A DNA stretch of 64,000 nt from Macrostomum lignano (Eukaryota), in contig NIVC01000236.1 in the NCBI GenBank assembly GCA_002269645.1, positions 62,001-126,000 on the forward strand, written 5' to 3'. Of this stretch, positions 1 through 16,779 are shown piece by piece (positions within the stretch are counted from its first letter, which is position 1; each line of letters opens with the position of its first letter). The notes under the pieces were generated by a model. The model searched no databases, was not told the DNA's origin, and was given only the letters and a program-made list of their open reading frames with translations. A program made the translations under genes and the position numbers.

Positions 1-10
1 TTGTTATAAT

Positions 11-614
11 AGGTCACTGATCACTTTGGCAATAGGTCACTTTGGCAACAGTCACTTCGGTAACAATTCACTTTGGCAACAGTCATTTTGGCAACAGATT
101 TCGATCACTTCTGCAATAATTAATAATAGCTAACAGCTAAATAGCTAATTTTTAATACATGTATTTTTTGCCAATGAAACTTAATGATTAAAGAAGCAAT
201 ACAAATTTATATTTATGTATATTTAGGTATTTAGCTAGGTATATTTATTCTCAATTTAATAAATAGAAGGCTTGATTCAGTCACTTCTGGAGGCTTGTGT
301 ACTTCTGTAATGCTAAGACTGCTTTGTGTGCTACATGTAATATCTTTGCTTTTAATGCTTTTAATGCATGTTTATTTTTCTTTCTTTATTTCTGCAATGG
401 AGTGACACAGTGTATATGCCCATACATGCCAATATGCCAAATAAATTTATAACATTATAATATCACATTAAAGTGGATAAATCACACTGAATCATAAAGT
501 TTCATTGGCAAAAAATATGTCAAAGTGATTGCCAAAGTTGTTGCCAAAATGATCCAAATGTGTTGCCAAAATGACTGTTGCCAAAGTGACTTGTCTCCGA
601 AGTGATTGTAATTC
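11..614. mobile_element. MITE-like element with subterminal inverted repeats built of CACTTTGGCAA units
   Basis: Left end (about 30-100, cactttggcaacagtcattttggcaaca) is the reverse complement of about 545-590 (tgttgccaaaatgactgttgccaaagtg). TTATAAT occurs at 4-10 and 615-621 (possible TSD). AT-rich non-coding interior. Confidence 0.55.
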
Positions 615-2416
615 TTATAATATATCTAACACTGGAAAGCTGCAACAGGATAGTCTATGGCCAAAACATTAACAAGTAAACAAGTCTTTACAGAAAAAAA
701 TAAAAAGTATTATGCTTTATTAAAGCTATATAAAGTATTAAAGCTATATAAAAGCTTTATATGCTATATTAGTAGGAAATCCAATATAAGATATTCCCAA
801 ATGTTTTTATTGGGTTTAGTTGATGCCATAATTCTTCTAAGTATATTTCAAATAAGGCTTATAAAGTCCTATTCATGTGGCACGCAGCATATAGACTTGC
901 TAAATTTAGGACTTTACTTTTTGTTATTTGTTATTTGTCAACTTGTTAAAAATCATTTATGTTTCAACTAGACCATAGACCTTTTCCAAGTCAAAAAATG
1001 TTCAAACAATTTGGCCATAGACTATGCAGCTTTCTAGTGTCAGATATATTATAACAAGTTTTGAAACAAAATTAGTGCTTAATCAAGCTAATTCTCTTAA
1101 AAGTATTTATTTGTACTTAAAATAGTTTGTAGATTACTTTTTTATTGAGTCAAAATAATTTAACAAATGAAACTTGACAATTGCTGACAAAATAAGAAGC
1201 ATAAATAGCATAGGTAATAAAAGTAAAGCTTATAGGTTACAAGAAATTTTATAGAAATGAGGATATATATAAACCTTTGGCAAGTCTAAATAATATTAAA
1301 CTGACATATAATCTACATAACAAACTAAGCAAATAGTATGATTTGGCATCATGACTTGAGTTTAGTCAAAACTGTCATATTCACAATATACTCTAATTTT
1401 AAATAGTCATGTGATGATGATGACTTGTCCAATCCAAGTCCAAGTGCTTAGAATTAGTCCAAGGCTTTGCATCTTTTAAGCAGATAATATAAATGCAAAA
1501 TTAAAGTTGAATATCATTTTATTGACAAACAAAAACATGTTTTCGCTATGAGCCAAGATCTTTGTGCAGCTAATAAAATATAATATAACTATTTAGTGAA
1601 TGTAGCAGTGTCCAAATGCTAAGACGATGACAATTTAGATAATTTAATTGTTTATCTAGTAGTTTAAAGCATATGACAACCTTAAATATGACAACTTCAG
1701 CTAAAGCCTATGACTTATCCACCCTTTATCTCTTAGTCAGCCACCCCACTCCACTTGTTATCCAGTGTGCAGCCACCCCACTTCTGCTATATACATTATA
1801 AAATTTATTTAATGTTGGTGAAACTGATTGGTCAAAGTTGTATATATAAGCTTAGTTTATAAATAAGGCCATTGTGAAAACATGTGATATGTCTAATATA
1901 GTAATAGTGACTTAAAACCAAAAGGCATCTATTTATAGTAACTTTTTAGTATAAAAACTAAGACAGCTTATACCTTGAGAGTAAATGTCACCTTAAAGTT
2001 AAACATTAAAAATACTTTAAATATAAGTATAAAAGCAATTGAAGAACTATAATTTAATTTTATAATTTATGGTAGTCAACTTTAATAATAGCAAATTTGA
2101 ATAAAAAGTAGGTCTTGCAACTGCATAACTTTGTAGTTGTATTAAAAATAATTATCTTGCTTTTATTGCCAATATTAAAATAATAACAAACTATGTCATC
2201 TTTTTCAAATTTGCAAAAAAAGATGACATAAGAAAAGATGGCTTTCTTCTTAAGTAGTTATCATAGTAAGTAGTTATTAGTAGTTATATGGGAGCTAGGC
2301 TGATGCAATTAAACTGTATTTCCATTGCAGAACCATATTCTACAATGCCTGTATTCTATGGCTGTACCAACCCGTACATGACTACTAACATCAGGTAGCA
2401 GGCAGGCAGCGCCAGC

Positions 2417-5400
2417 ATGGAGAAAGTCACCTATAGAGTAGTGGAGGAGTGCATTAGCCGCCTGAATGAGATCTATCATCAGCATCCGCATGAGCCGGAG
2501 GTTGCTCTGTTCTGCCCAGATGCGGCCAGCCTGCGTCACCGATTGAAGTCCACGCTATTGAAGATTATCTTTCTGACGCCGGCTGATTTCGGCGCCAAAG
2601 GCGAAGACATTCTATGGCGCAAAGGCTTCTACGAGGTGTTGGCTTGCATTAAAAAGTACCGCCAGTCCAACAGGCTCTCGGGGCAGGTTGAGGCCCTGTA
2701 CCGGGCGCATCTGATCAGCGGGCTGGGCTTCTACAATCAGCTGCTCTCCCGGGTGCTGCTGGAGTATCCGGTGGCAGCTGGCGACGCTGCCGGCCTCGCC
2801 GAGGTGGCCGCTGTTGGTTGCGCCGATTTTGCGCCGGCGCCGAAGCTTCTACTTAGCGCCGACCCGACTACCGATGCTGGCGCCAACGCTGCCACCGCGG
2901 ACTGGGCGCGCGGCGCCGTGCACAGGTGCCTGATGCACATCGGGGATCTGTACAGATATCTGCGCGAGTTTCAAGGCGAAGTGGCGCTGGCGCTTGTTCA
3001 GCGCTATTACGGCGCTGCTGCCAGATTTGAGCCCATGATTGGCCTGCCGTACAATCAGCTGGGCACATTGGATGTTGGCAACTACTACAACCTCACTGCC
3101 GTGTATTATTATCTCAGGTGCGCTGCTGCTTGTTAAAACTTTACTTCTAGGGAGGACGAACACAGCTGAAATTTGGATGATTCCACAACTAATATGCACA
3201 CCGATAATCGCATTCGAAATCCTTTCTACTTATTTTGTTCCTGCAGATGCCTGGCCTGCGAGCAGCCGTTCGAAGGCTCCAGACGCAACCTGGCCAAAAT
3301 TTTAAACAAAAATCAGCGCCGATTCGAATCCCTGCCACCGTTGGACTCCGCGGCGGCAGCTGCCGGTTCTGCCGAAGCCGGCCGGCCGCACAAGCCCGTG
3401 AAGCAGTTCGCTGTGCGGTTTGTTTATCTGATTGGCCGCCTGCTGCAGCCTCACCAGCTGATGCAGCATCAGCGGCGTCAAAACTACCGTCAGCTTGACG
3501 CCGAGCTGAACGCGCTGTGCCAGTCAGTCCTTGCCGGCCTCTCAGTCTGCCTGTCCGACTGCGGCGATGGCGACGAAGCCGCATGCCTGGCCGTGCGCGC
3601 CTCCGAGGTCGACCCGATGCGGCCGCACCGCCTGGCCGACTCTGCTGTGCTGCAGGCCGCGCTGGCCGCCGTCCTCTGCCTGGACTCGCTGGCGGCCGCC
3701 AACTCCCGGCATGCGCACGCCTGCACCGCCTTCTGCCTAGGCCTGTTTGCCTGCGTGCTGCGCTGCGCCCTGTCCAGGTGCCGGCACGCGCTGCAGACCG
3801 TGGCGACTGCGACACCCACGGCTGAGCTTGACGCTGGGGAGCCGACCGCTGATGGCAGCGATGTTGACGGAGACGATGCAGCTGCAGAAGAGGTCGAAGG
3901 CGGCGGGGAGGACGAAGACGAAGACTATGCTGCCGGCGATTTTCACGGCTTCTCCGCTCCGAGGCTGCGTCGACGACGTCGAAGGAGGCGACGACGGCGC
4001 GGCTCTGGCAGTGGCGACGATGCTTCTTCGTCATCGGGCGAGTCCAGCGACTGTCAGTTGGCGTTCGGTTACGACGAGGATGACGAGGAGATTGAAGGCG
4101 AGGATGGAGAAGCTGGAAGGGAAGGGGAGGACAGCAACGCCGAAGATGAGGCCGCAATGGCTGCGGCCGAGCCAACGTCGACCAGCGTCGGCGGCGGCCT
4201 GCCGTCGTTTTGCTTCAGCTACGGCATTCCATCAGCGTTGATGTTTCACGACGAAGAGAACGACGATAAGTCGGAGGCTGCAGAGTTGGGTCAGGATGGC
4301 CCGCCTGCTGATGCAGAAAATTCCAACGCAAACGTCTCGACTGTTTGTGAGGCGGATGCGCAAAAGGACGATTCCACTGCGGCCGCTGCCGAGGCCGTTG
4401 AATCGGCAATTAGTCGGGTTCGCCTGCTGCAGACAGTCAAACTGCTGCTAGACTGGATGCTGTGCCAGCCTCATCTCCTCAGCCGAGCAGTGCAGGTGAG
4501 CTTTGAGCTTGGCTTTTTGCCAAAACGCAGACAAAGGGTGTTGCCAAAGGGTTTCCAAAAAATCGTCATACTACTTCCAGCATTGCATATCAGCAGTCAA
4601 AGTTACTCCGGCCTTTCACCCAAACTTCCACAGTCTTCCTGCCTGCCGCTGTGGGACAGCCTGTCAGCTCTGCTCAACCTGCTGCCCGCTCCGCCTGGTG
4701 AGGACAGCGGCGTCATCTGCCCGGAGCCGGAGCGCTCGGCGGCCCTGCCGGAGGACGCGCACGCCCGCGGCCTCCGCCTGTTCCGGCCGGTACAACGCCA
4801 CCTGGACTTCGCCGCCGCCGGCCAGGCTGCCCGTCTGGATGAGTCGCGCCTGCGCCTGGCCGCCATCCGCCGGTTCGGCTTCCTGGCTGTGCAGAATGAC
4901 CAGCTGGCGTTCGAGTTCGACTCGGCTGCTGGCCACTTTCTGGGGCCAACGGCTGTCGCACAGGCCAGCAGGGATGCCCAGATGCGGAATCTGGCCCAGC
5001 TGCGCCTCATCAATCAGGTGCAGCAGTTGGAGTCCGCCGTGTCTCAGGCGACGCCAGCCATCACTGTGAGCTCCTCAAATGCCAATTTTCAATCAACTGC
5101 AAGTTCGTCAGTCGGCTCGCTTACATTACTAACAGTAGCCAACCCAACATTTTCGCTCCACAGTCGTCGCACGCCATTCCGTCGCGTCGGTGCCTCACAG
5201 ACGGCCTCGACCGGCTGAAAGCCCTGGTCAGCAGTCGGCGCTGCATCCTGGTGCTGCCGCGCAGCTCTATCGACTATCTGGACAGGCTGAAGCAGACCAG
5301 CCAGGCTGCCAGGCGCGCCAGCCGTTTCCTAGAAACCGAGCTCCAGTCGGGCCGCGGCCTTATCAACACGCACGATTATCCATCCTTGACTGCCTGCGCC

Positions 5401-5535
5401 AAGCAGCTGGCCCCGGCCACCACCGTATTCCTGATTTGCCGCGGCGAGTCTCCGCCCCAGCTTGAGCTGCCGTTTCCAGTGCGAGAGCTGCACGAATTCG
5501 TGCGGCAGGCTTTGGCGCCGGGCCAAGCCGGTTGA
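2417..5535 (+). CDS. SMG5: SMG5 nonsense-mediated decay factor (EST1/14-3-3-like domain + C-terminal PIN-like domain); exons 2417-3117, 3247-4495, 4634-5065, 5164-5535
   Basis: Motifs match the SMG5 family: DFGAKGEDILWRKGFYE, HRCLMHIGDLYRY, GLPYNQLGTL, YYYLRC, LWDSLSALLNLLP, LPEDAHARG, RDAQMRNLAQLRL, and PIN-like VLPRSSIDYLDRLK...ASRFLE. GT-AG sites with consistent phases join all four exons. Confidence 0.93.
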
Positions 5536-5689
5536 GCACTCGAGACCTGTTGCTATAGGGATGGGCGGCAGTTCAAATCATTATTTTCTTATTAAGGAGA
5601 AATGGTGCTTTCGATCTTGCGTTCGGGCTTTAATTGTAGTTTTTAATTTTATAGTCCGTTATCCAAAATTCGCGTTTACGATCCACTAT

Positions 5690-6325
5690 CCCAAATCCTC
5701 AGGTGTGATCCTCCACCCTCCCAGATCCTCAGGTGTGATCCGCCACTCTCCCAAATCCTCAGGTGTGATCCGCCACTCTCTCAGTTCCTCAGGTGTGATC
5801 CGCCACTCTCTCAGTTCCTCAGGTGTGATCCGCCACCCTCCCAGATCCTCAGGTGTTAACTGCCAGCCTCCCAGACCTCAGGTGTGATCCGCCACCCTCC
5901 CAGATCCTCAGGTGTGATCCGCCACCCTCCCAGATCCTCAGGTGTGATCCGCCACCCTCCCAGATCCTCAGGTGTGATCCGCCACCCTCCCAGATCCTCA
6001 GGTGTGATCCGCCACCCTCCCAGATCCTCAGGTATGATCCGCCACCCTCCCAGATCCTCAGGTGTGATCCGCCACCCTCCCAGATCCTCAGGTGTGATCC
6101 GCCACCCTCCCAGATCCTCAGGTGTGATCCGCCACCCTCCCAGATCCTCAGGTGTGATCCGCCACCCTCCCAGATCCTCAGGTATGATCCGCCACCCTCC
6201 CAGATCCTCAGGTGTGATCCGCCACCCTCCCAGATCCTCAGGTGTGATCCGCCACCCTCCCAGATCCTCAGGTGTGATCCGCCACCCTCCCAGATCCTCA
6301 GGTGTTAACTGCCAGCCTCTCAAAT
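5690..6325. repeat. 30-bp minisatellite (gtgtgatccgccaccctcccagatcctcag)
   Basis: About 20 tandem copies visible; explains the ORFs at 5853-6345. Confidence 0.95.
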
Positions 6326-6670
6326 CCTTCAAAACCAGTTTCTAGCTTAAGAGCAGCAGTTTTGCACCTAAATTATCCATAATAATGTTTTACTCCAGTT
6401 ACGCCAGTCTTTAAATAATTAGTCTATCGTGCTGGATAGTCTATCGGACTACCAATTCAAACAATAATACTTTTTGGTTGTCACTGACTAGTTATAAACA
6501 CTATTTTCTGCTTTTTAGCAGTAGTAATTTTGGTTGCCTTGCCGCGCGCATATCTGTGTGCTTTTCGTGTACTTTTAATAAACAGTGATTAAGAAATCGC
6601 TATGCGTGTCACGTGACTTTTGATTTTGCCGAGGCGCAGTTCTGGTTATTTTTATTTTATTTGTCTACAG

Positions 6671-9630
6671 GTGTCTGCCATTGAAGTATATCACTCGGGG
6701 TCTTTTATTAAAGTTTCTGTCACTTCAGTGTCTACCGTTGAAGTGTCTGTCTCTCGAGTGTCTGTCACTCTGGTATCTTCGATTGAAGGTTCTGTCACTC
6801 GGGTGTCTGCTATTTAGGTTTCTGTCACTCGGGTGTCTGTCATTCCGGTGTCTACCATTGAGGTGTCTGTCACTCCGGTGTCTGCTATTGAAGTGTCTCT
6901 CGAGTGTCTGCTATTGAAGTGTCTCTCGAGTGTCTGCTATTGAAGTGTCTCTCGAGTGTCTGCTATTGAAGTGTCTCTCGAGTGTCTGCTACTGAAGTGT
7001 CTCTCGAGTGTCTGCTATTGAAGTGTATGTCTCTCGGGTCTGCTATTGAAGTGTATGTCTCTCGGGTGTCTGCTATTGAAGTGTATGTCTCTCGAGTGTC
7101 TGCTACTGAAGTGTCTCTCGAGTGTCTGCTATTGAAGTGTCTCTCGAGTGTCTGCTACTGAAGTGTCTCTCGAGTGTCTGCTATTGAAGTGTCTCTCGAG
7201 TGTCTGCTATTGAAGTGTATGTCTCTCGAGTGTCTGCTATTGAAGTGTATGTCTCTCGAGTGTCTGCTATTGAAGTGTATGTCTCTCGAGTGTCTGCTAT
7301 TGAAGTGTATGTCTCTCGAGTGTCTGCTATTGAAGTGTATGTCTCTCGGGTGTCTGCTATTGAAGTGTCTCTCGGGTGTCTGCTATTGAAGTGTATGTCT
7401 CTCGGGTGTCTGCTATTGAAGTGTCTCTCGGGTGTCTGCTATTGAAGTGTATGTCTCTCGAGTGTCTGCTATTGAAGTGTATGTCTCTCGAGTGTCTGCT
7501 ATTGAAGTGTATGTCTCTCGAGTGTCTGCTATTGAAGTGTATGTCTCTCGAGTGTCTGCTATTGAAGTGTATGTCTCTCGAGTGTCTGCTATTGAAGTGT
7601 ATGTCTCTCGAGTGTCTGCTATTGAAGTGTCTCTCGAGTGTCTGCTATTGAAGTGTATGTCTCTCGGGTGTCTGCTATTGAAGTGTATGTCTCTCGAGTG
7701 TCTGCTATTGAAGTGTCTCTCGAGTGTCTTCTATTGAAGTGTATGTCTCTCGGGTGTCTGCTATTGAAGTGTATGTCTCTCGGGTGTCTGCTATTGAAGT
7801 GTATGTCTCTCGAGTGTCTGCTATTGAAGTGTATGTCTCTCGAGTGTCTGCTATTGAAGTGTCTCTCGAGTGTCTGCTATTGAAGTGTCTCTCGAGTGTC
7901 TGCTATTGAAGTGTCATTCGGGTGTCCTCTATTGAAGTGTATGTCTCTCGAGTGTCTGCTATTGAAGTGTATGTTTCTCGAGTGTCTGCTATTGAAGTGT
8001 ATGTCTCTCGAGTGTCTGCTATTGAAGTGTATGTCTCTCGGGTGTCTGCTATTGAAGTGTATGTCTCTCGAGTGTCTGCTATTGAAGTGTATGTCTCTCG
8101 AGTGTCTGCTATTGAAGTGTATGTCTCTCGAGTGTCTGCTATTGAAGTGTATGTCTCTCGAGTGTCTGCTATTGAAGTGTATGTCTCTCGAGTGTCTGCT
8201 ATTGAAGTGTATGTCTCTCGGGTGTCTCCTATTGAAGTGTATGTCTCTTGGGTGTCTACCATTGAAGTTCTGTCACTCGGGTGTCTGCTATTTAGGTTTC
8301 TGTCACTCGGGTGTCTTCGTTGAAGTGTCTGTCTCTTGGGTGTCTACCATTGAAGTGTATGTCTCTCGGGTGTCTGCTATTGAAGTGTCTCTCGAGTGTC
8401 TGCTATTGAAGTGTATGTCTCTTGGGTGTCTGCTATTGAAGTGTATGTCTCTCGGGTGTCTGCTATTGAAGTGTATGTCTCTCGGGTGTCTGCTATTGAA
8501 GTGTATGTCTCTCGGGTGTCTGCTATTGAAGTGTATGTCTCTCGGGTTTCTGCTATTGAAGTGTCTCTCGAGTGTCTGCTATTGAAGTGTCTCTCGGGTG
8601 TCTGCTATTGAAGTGTCTCTCGAGTGTCTGCTATTGAAGTGTATGTCTCTCGAGTGTCTGCTATTGAAGTGTATGTCTCTCGAGTGTCTGCTATTGAAGT
8701 GTATGTCTTTCGAGTGTCTGCTATTGAAGTGTGTGTCTCTCGAGTGTCTGCTATTGAAGTGTATGTCTCTCGAGTGTTTGCTATTGAAGTGTGTGTCTCT
8801 CGAGTGTCTGCTATTGAAGTGTATGTCTCTCGAGTGTCTGCTATTGAAGTGTATGTCTCTCGAGTGTCTGCTATTGAAGTGTATGTCTCTCGGGTGTCTG
8901 CTATTGAAGTGTCTCTCGGGTGTCTGCTATTGAAGTGTCTCTCGAGTGTCTGCTACTGAAGTGTCTCTCGAGTGTCTGCTATTGAAGTGTATGTCTCTCG
9001 GGTGTCTGCTATTGAAGTGTATGTCTCTCGGGTGTCTGCTATTGAAGTGTCTCTCGAGTGTCTGCTATTGAAGTGTCTCTCGGGTGTCTGCTATTGAAGT
9101 GTATGTCTCTCGAGTGTCTGCTATTGAAGTGTATGTCTCTCGGGTGTCTGCTATTGAAGTGTATGTCTCTCGGGTGTCTGCTATTGAAGTGTCTCTCGAG
9201 TGTCTGCTATTGAAGTGTCTCTCGGGTGTCTGCTATTGAAGTGTCTCTCGAGTGTCTGCTATTGAAGTGTATGTCTCTCGGGTGTCTGCTATTGAAGTGT
9301 ATGTCTCTCGAGTGTCTGCTATTGAAGTGTATGTCTCTCGAGTGTCTGCTATTGAAGTGTATGTCTCTCGGGTGTCTGCTATTGAAGTGTCTGTCTCTCG
9401 AGTGTCTGCTATTGAAGTGTATGTCTCTTGGGTGTCTCCTATTTAGGTTTCTGTCACTCGGGTGTCTGCTATTTAGGTTTCTGTCACTCGGGTGTCTGCT
9501 ATTTAGGTTTCTGTCACTCGGGTGTCTGCTATTTAGGTTTCTGTCACTCGGGTGTCTGCTATTTAGGTTTCTGTCACTCGGGTGTCTGCTATTTAGGTTT
9601 CTGTCACTCGGGTGTCTTCGTTGAAGTGTC
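6671..9630. repeat. ~3-kb minisatellite of mixed 30-bp and 26-bp units (gtgtctgctattgaagtgt[atgt]ctctcga) with a tttaggtttctgtcactcgg variant
   Basis: Direct inspection; generates the MSAIEV/CLLLK ORFs. Confidence 0.97.
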
Positions 9631-9698
9631 TGTCGCCGAACCGCTCACATCCCCCGCCGCTGCCCACCACTCCTGCGCAAGCAGCCGCCACCGCAAGA

Positions 9699-10022
9699 AT
9701 GCATCTGTCAGCCATCCGATCCGCCGCCAGCAAGTTTCTGCCGCTGTTCGACCGCGTCCTCGTTCAGCGATTCGAGCCGCAGCTCAAAACCAAAGGCGGC
9801 GTCCTGCTGCCCGAGAAGTCCAAAGGCAAAGTGCTGGAGGCCACCGTCATTGCCACGGGGCCCGGCCGGCTGTGCGAGACCTCGGGCCAGCCGCTGCCAG
9901 TCAGCGTGAAGGTCGGCGACAAGGTGCTGCTGCCGGAGTTCGGCGGCATCAAGGTGACGCTGGAGGACACGGACTACTTCCTGTTCCGCGATGCCGACAT
10001 CCTGGGCAAATTCAGCGCCTGA
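9699..10022 (+). CDS. HSPE1: Mitochondrial 10-kDa chaperonin (HSP10/Cpn10), intronless, 107 aa
   Basis: KFLPLFDRVLVQR, mobile loop KTKGGVLLPEKSKG, VKVGDKVLLPEFGG and FLFRDADILGK are canonical Cpn10 motifs. ATG at 9699; the upstream TTG-start extension is repeat-derived. Confidence 0.95.
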   Translation: MHLSAIRSAASKFLPLFDRVLVQRFEPQLKTKGGVLLPEKSKGKVLEATVIATGPGRLCETSGQPLPVSVKVGDKVLLPEFGGIKVTLEDTDYFLFRDADILGKFSA

Positions 10023-10824
10023 ACCTGCGGCCCAGGGCTGTCATGGCTGACCTGATTCTACCACCTCTATGCAGTACTGTCAGTAGTAGTTAGTCTCAAT
10101 AACAACTAGCAGCTTATAATAGCGGACTGGCTAATGCAACCCTTAATCTGCAGTGAATGATAGTCTCAAATTAGCTTATATAGTGCGATGTTTAACTGCG
10201 TCCATCTTGTTGTTTAATCACTGAATTAGCAGTCTGTTTGCTATTTTTTTCTACTAAATTCCCCAACAATACAGCATCATGGACTGTGGCGATCCGACAC
10301 ACCCGGTATTTTTGCATCTGAAGCGGGGCCGGAAGATCTGAAAGTTTCTTTTGCATTTTTCGATAGAAAACCATGGCTTGCGGTCTTGGCTTTTGTTCTT
10401 TTTGGGATCTTGAATGGATATGGCACAGGTTGCTGTAATTCGGGAGTTTAACGGAGGTAAAATACTCTGACCATATACTCGTAATGTGCCCAGCTATATA
10501 TTGCATTTGTTCAGATTGAATGCAAATCCAATGGACTGTTGTCAGGTTGCTGCTGACAGCGTTTCATGAGACGCTGCTCACTTCTCCCTCTCCACCTCTT
10601 CAGTGCTGGACTCGCTGCCAGTCCAGAGAAGTTTTTAAGAGCCCTTGGCATCACCTTAGAGACTGATAGAAATGCGTAGGACATTTAAAGAAACAAGAGT
10701 TCAGTAGCAGTCTAATTTGACTGATCTAACTAAAACTATTGCATGCCAAGATCTGAAGCTGACTGCTTGCTTTTGAAAGAAACCGCTTCTTTGTCGCATT
10801 GAGCTGAGCTGCGCCAAAATCCAG

Positions 10825-14991
<4,167 letters not shown>

Positions 14992-15364
14992 GGCTGACCT
15001 TGTAGTGACCTTTCGTCTGACTTCGATTTCGATAATTCACATTTCAATAAAATCTAAACAATTCTGACCTATTTTATTCTGTGCGAGCGAATTATGCTAC
15101 TTACAGTAGTGGCAATGGGTGCCAGGCAATTTCCTAGCTGAGTTAAATCGTTCACCTGCGCTTCTATTTTTATACTAAATTGAGCGCCCGTTGCGCAATT
15201 CGTTCCATACGCAGCCATTCTCATATTGCTGACAGAAATACATTGGCTGACCTGATTTGACCTGTTTGTTATTCATTTTTTGATTATTTTGCACTCGCTT
15301 AAACTTGAGCAGTTTTCTTAGCGGCTTCAAGCTTATTTTAGATTCTCGTGCAACACATCCATTG

Positions 15365-16145
15365 CGTGAGATTCCGGTGGGAGATGATCCATTTGGGTGA
15401 GATTCCCGTGAGATAGATTATCCATCTGGGTGAGATTCCGGTGGGAGATTATTCATTTGGGTGAGATTCCCGTGAGATAGATTATCCATCTGGGTGAGAT
15501 TCCGGTGGGAGATTATTCATTTGGGTGAGATTCCCGTGAGATATATTATCCATCTGGGTGAGATTCCGGTGGGAGATTATTCATTTGGGTGAGATTCCGG
15601 TGAGAGATTATCCATTCGGCTGAGATTCCGTTGAGAAATTATCCATTCCGTTGAGAGATTCCGGTGGGAAATTATCCATTGTGTGAGATTCCGGTGGGAG
15701 ATTATCCATTTGGGTGAGATTCCGGTGGGAGATTATCCATTTGGGTGATATTCCGGTGGGAGATTATCCATATGAGTGATATTCCGGTGGGAGATTATCC
15801 ATGGGGTGAGATTCCGGTGAGAGACTATCAATTGCGTGAGATTCCTGTGAAAGATTATCCATTGCGTGAGATTCTGGTGAGACGGATTATCCATTGGGTG
15901 AGATTATTGTGAGAGATAATCCATTGGCTGAGATTCCGGTGAGACAGATTATAAATTGCGTGAGATTCGGTGAGATAGATTATCCATCGGGTGAGATTCC
16001 GGTGAGACATTATCCATTGCTTGAGATTCCGGTGAGAGATTATCCATTTGAGTGAGATTCCGGGGGGGGGATTATCCATTTGGGTGAGATTCCCGTGAGA
16101 TAGATTATCCATTTGGTGAGATTCCGGTGAGAGATTATCCATGGG
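15365..16145. repeat. Degenerate ~30-bp minisatellite (gagattccggtgggagattatccatttgggt)
   Basis: Tandem copies with variable indels. Confidence 0.9.
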
Positions 16146-16779
16146 GTCAGGCGCAGGAAACGAACAATCCAGCCTGTTTCACGAATTTCAACCTTTCGAG
16201 GTTGCATAGAATCAGAAACCGGGATGCTCCCACAAGATCGGCAATCTAAATTGGGGAAACCAGCGCCCAGTTCCGGCCTTAGAAATTGTTCAAAATGTTG
16301 CTTTTCTTCCGCGATTCGGACAAGGGAATTCAATAACTCCGCCGCCCGCTGCGAAGTGGGAAAACTTCGGTGCCTCCCCAGCCGCCCGAATTCCCATGGC
16401 TGCAGTCTGCGGGCTCCCAGTGCCGCCAGCCCCATGGGAAGCCGCGTGGGGGGAGGCTGGGGCTGCTTGGGCCGGGGAGTTTCCCACGGAGCTGCCTCAA
16501 CAAGTTAAGCCGGGGCCAAAGCTAAACTTACACACTTTCTCTTGTGCCCGCCCGCCCGCCGCGGGTTCTTGCCCTTGGCGTCAAACGGGCACGTGGGAAC
16601 GGACGGTCCAGGGACTTCCTCAGCCGCGCCTGTCTGCGGACTATTGTTATCGAATTGGCTTTCGGCTCAGGAACTAAATTAATTGAATTTTATTGATAAA
16701 ATTGGGCACATTCCATGAACACCGGAACAGTGCTGAATCTCGCGTCATTCTCCGATTCCATGTTGTCTTTTTTCCATAT

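Noticed and set aside
657-971. 104-aa ORF in the AT-rich region
   Set aside because: No recognisable motifs; composition matches the surrounding non-coding AT-rich DNA.
5853-9624. Numerous periodic ORFs (CDPPPSQILR, MSAIEVYVSR, CLLLK)
   Set aside because: Translations of stop-free minisatellite frames. The same applies to the periodic ORFs at 12.2-12.8, 13.1-13.5, 16.7-17.4, 18.2-19.3, 20.0-20.4, 21.5-21.9, 23.7-24.6, 35.0-35.3, 37.2-37.9, 40.2-41.1, 57.5-58.5, 59.0-59.5 and 60.8-61.5 kb.
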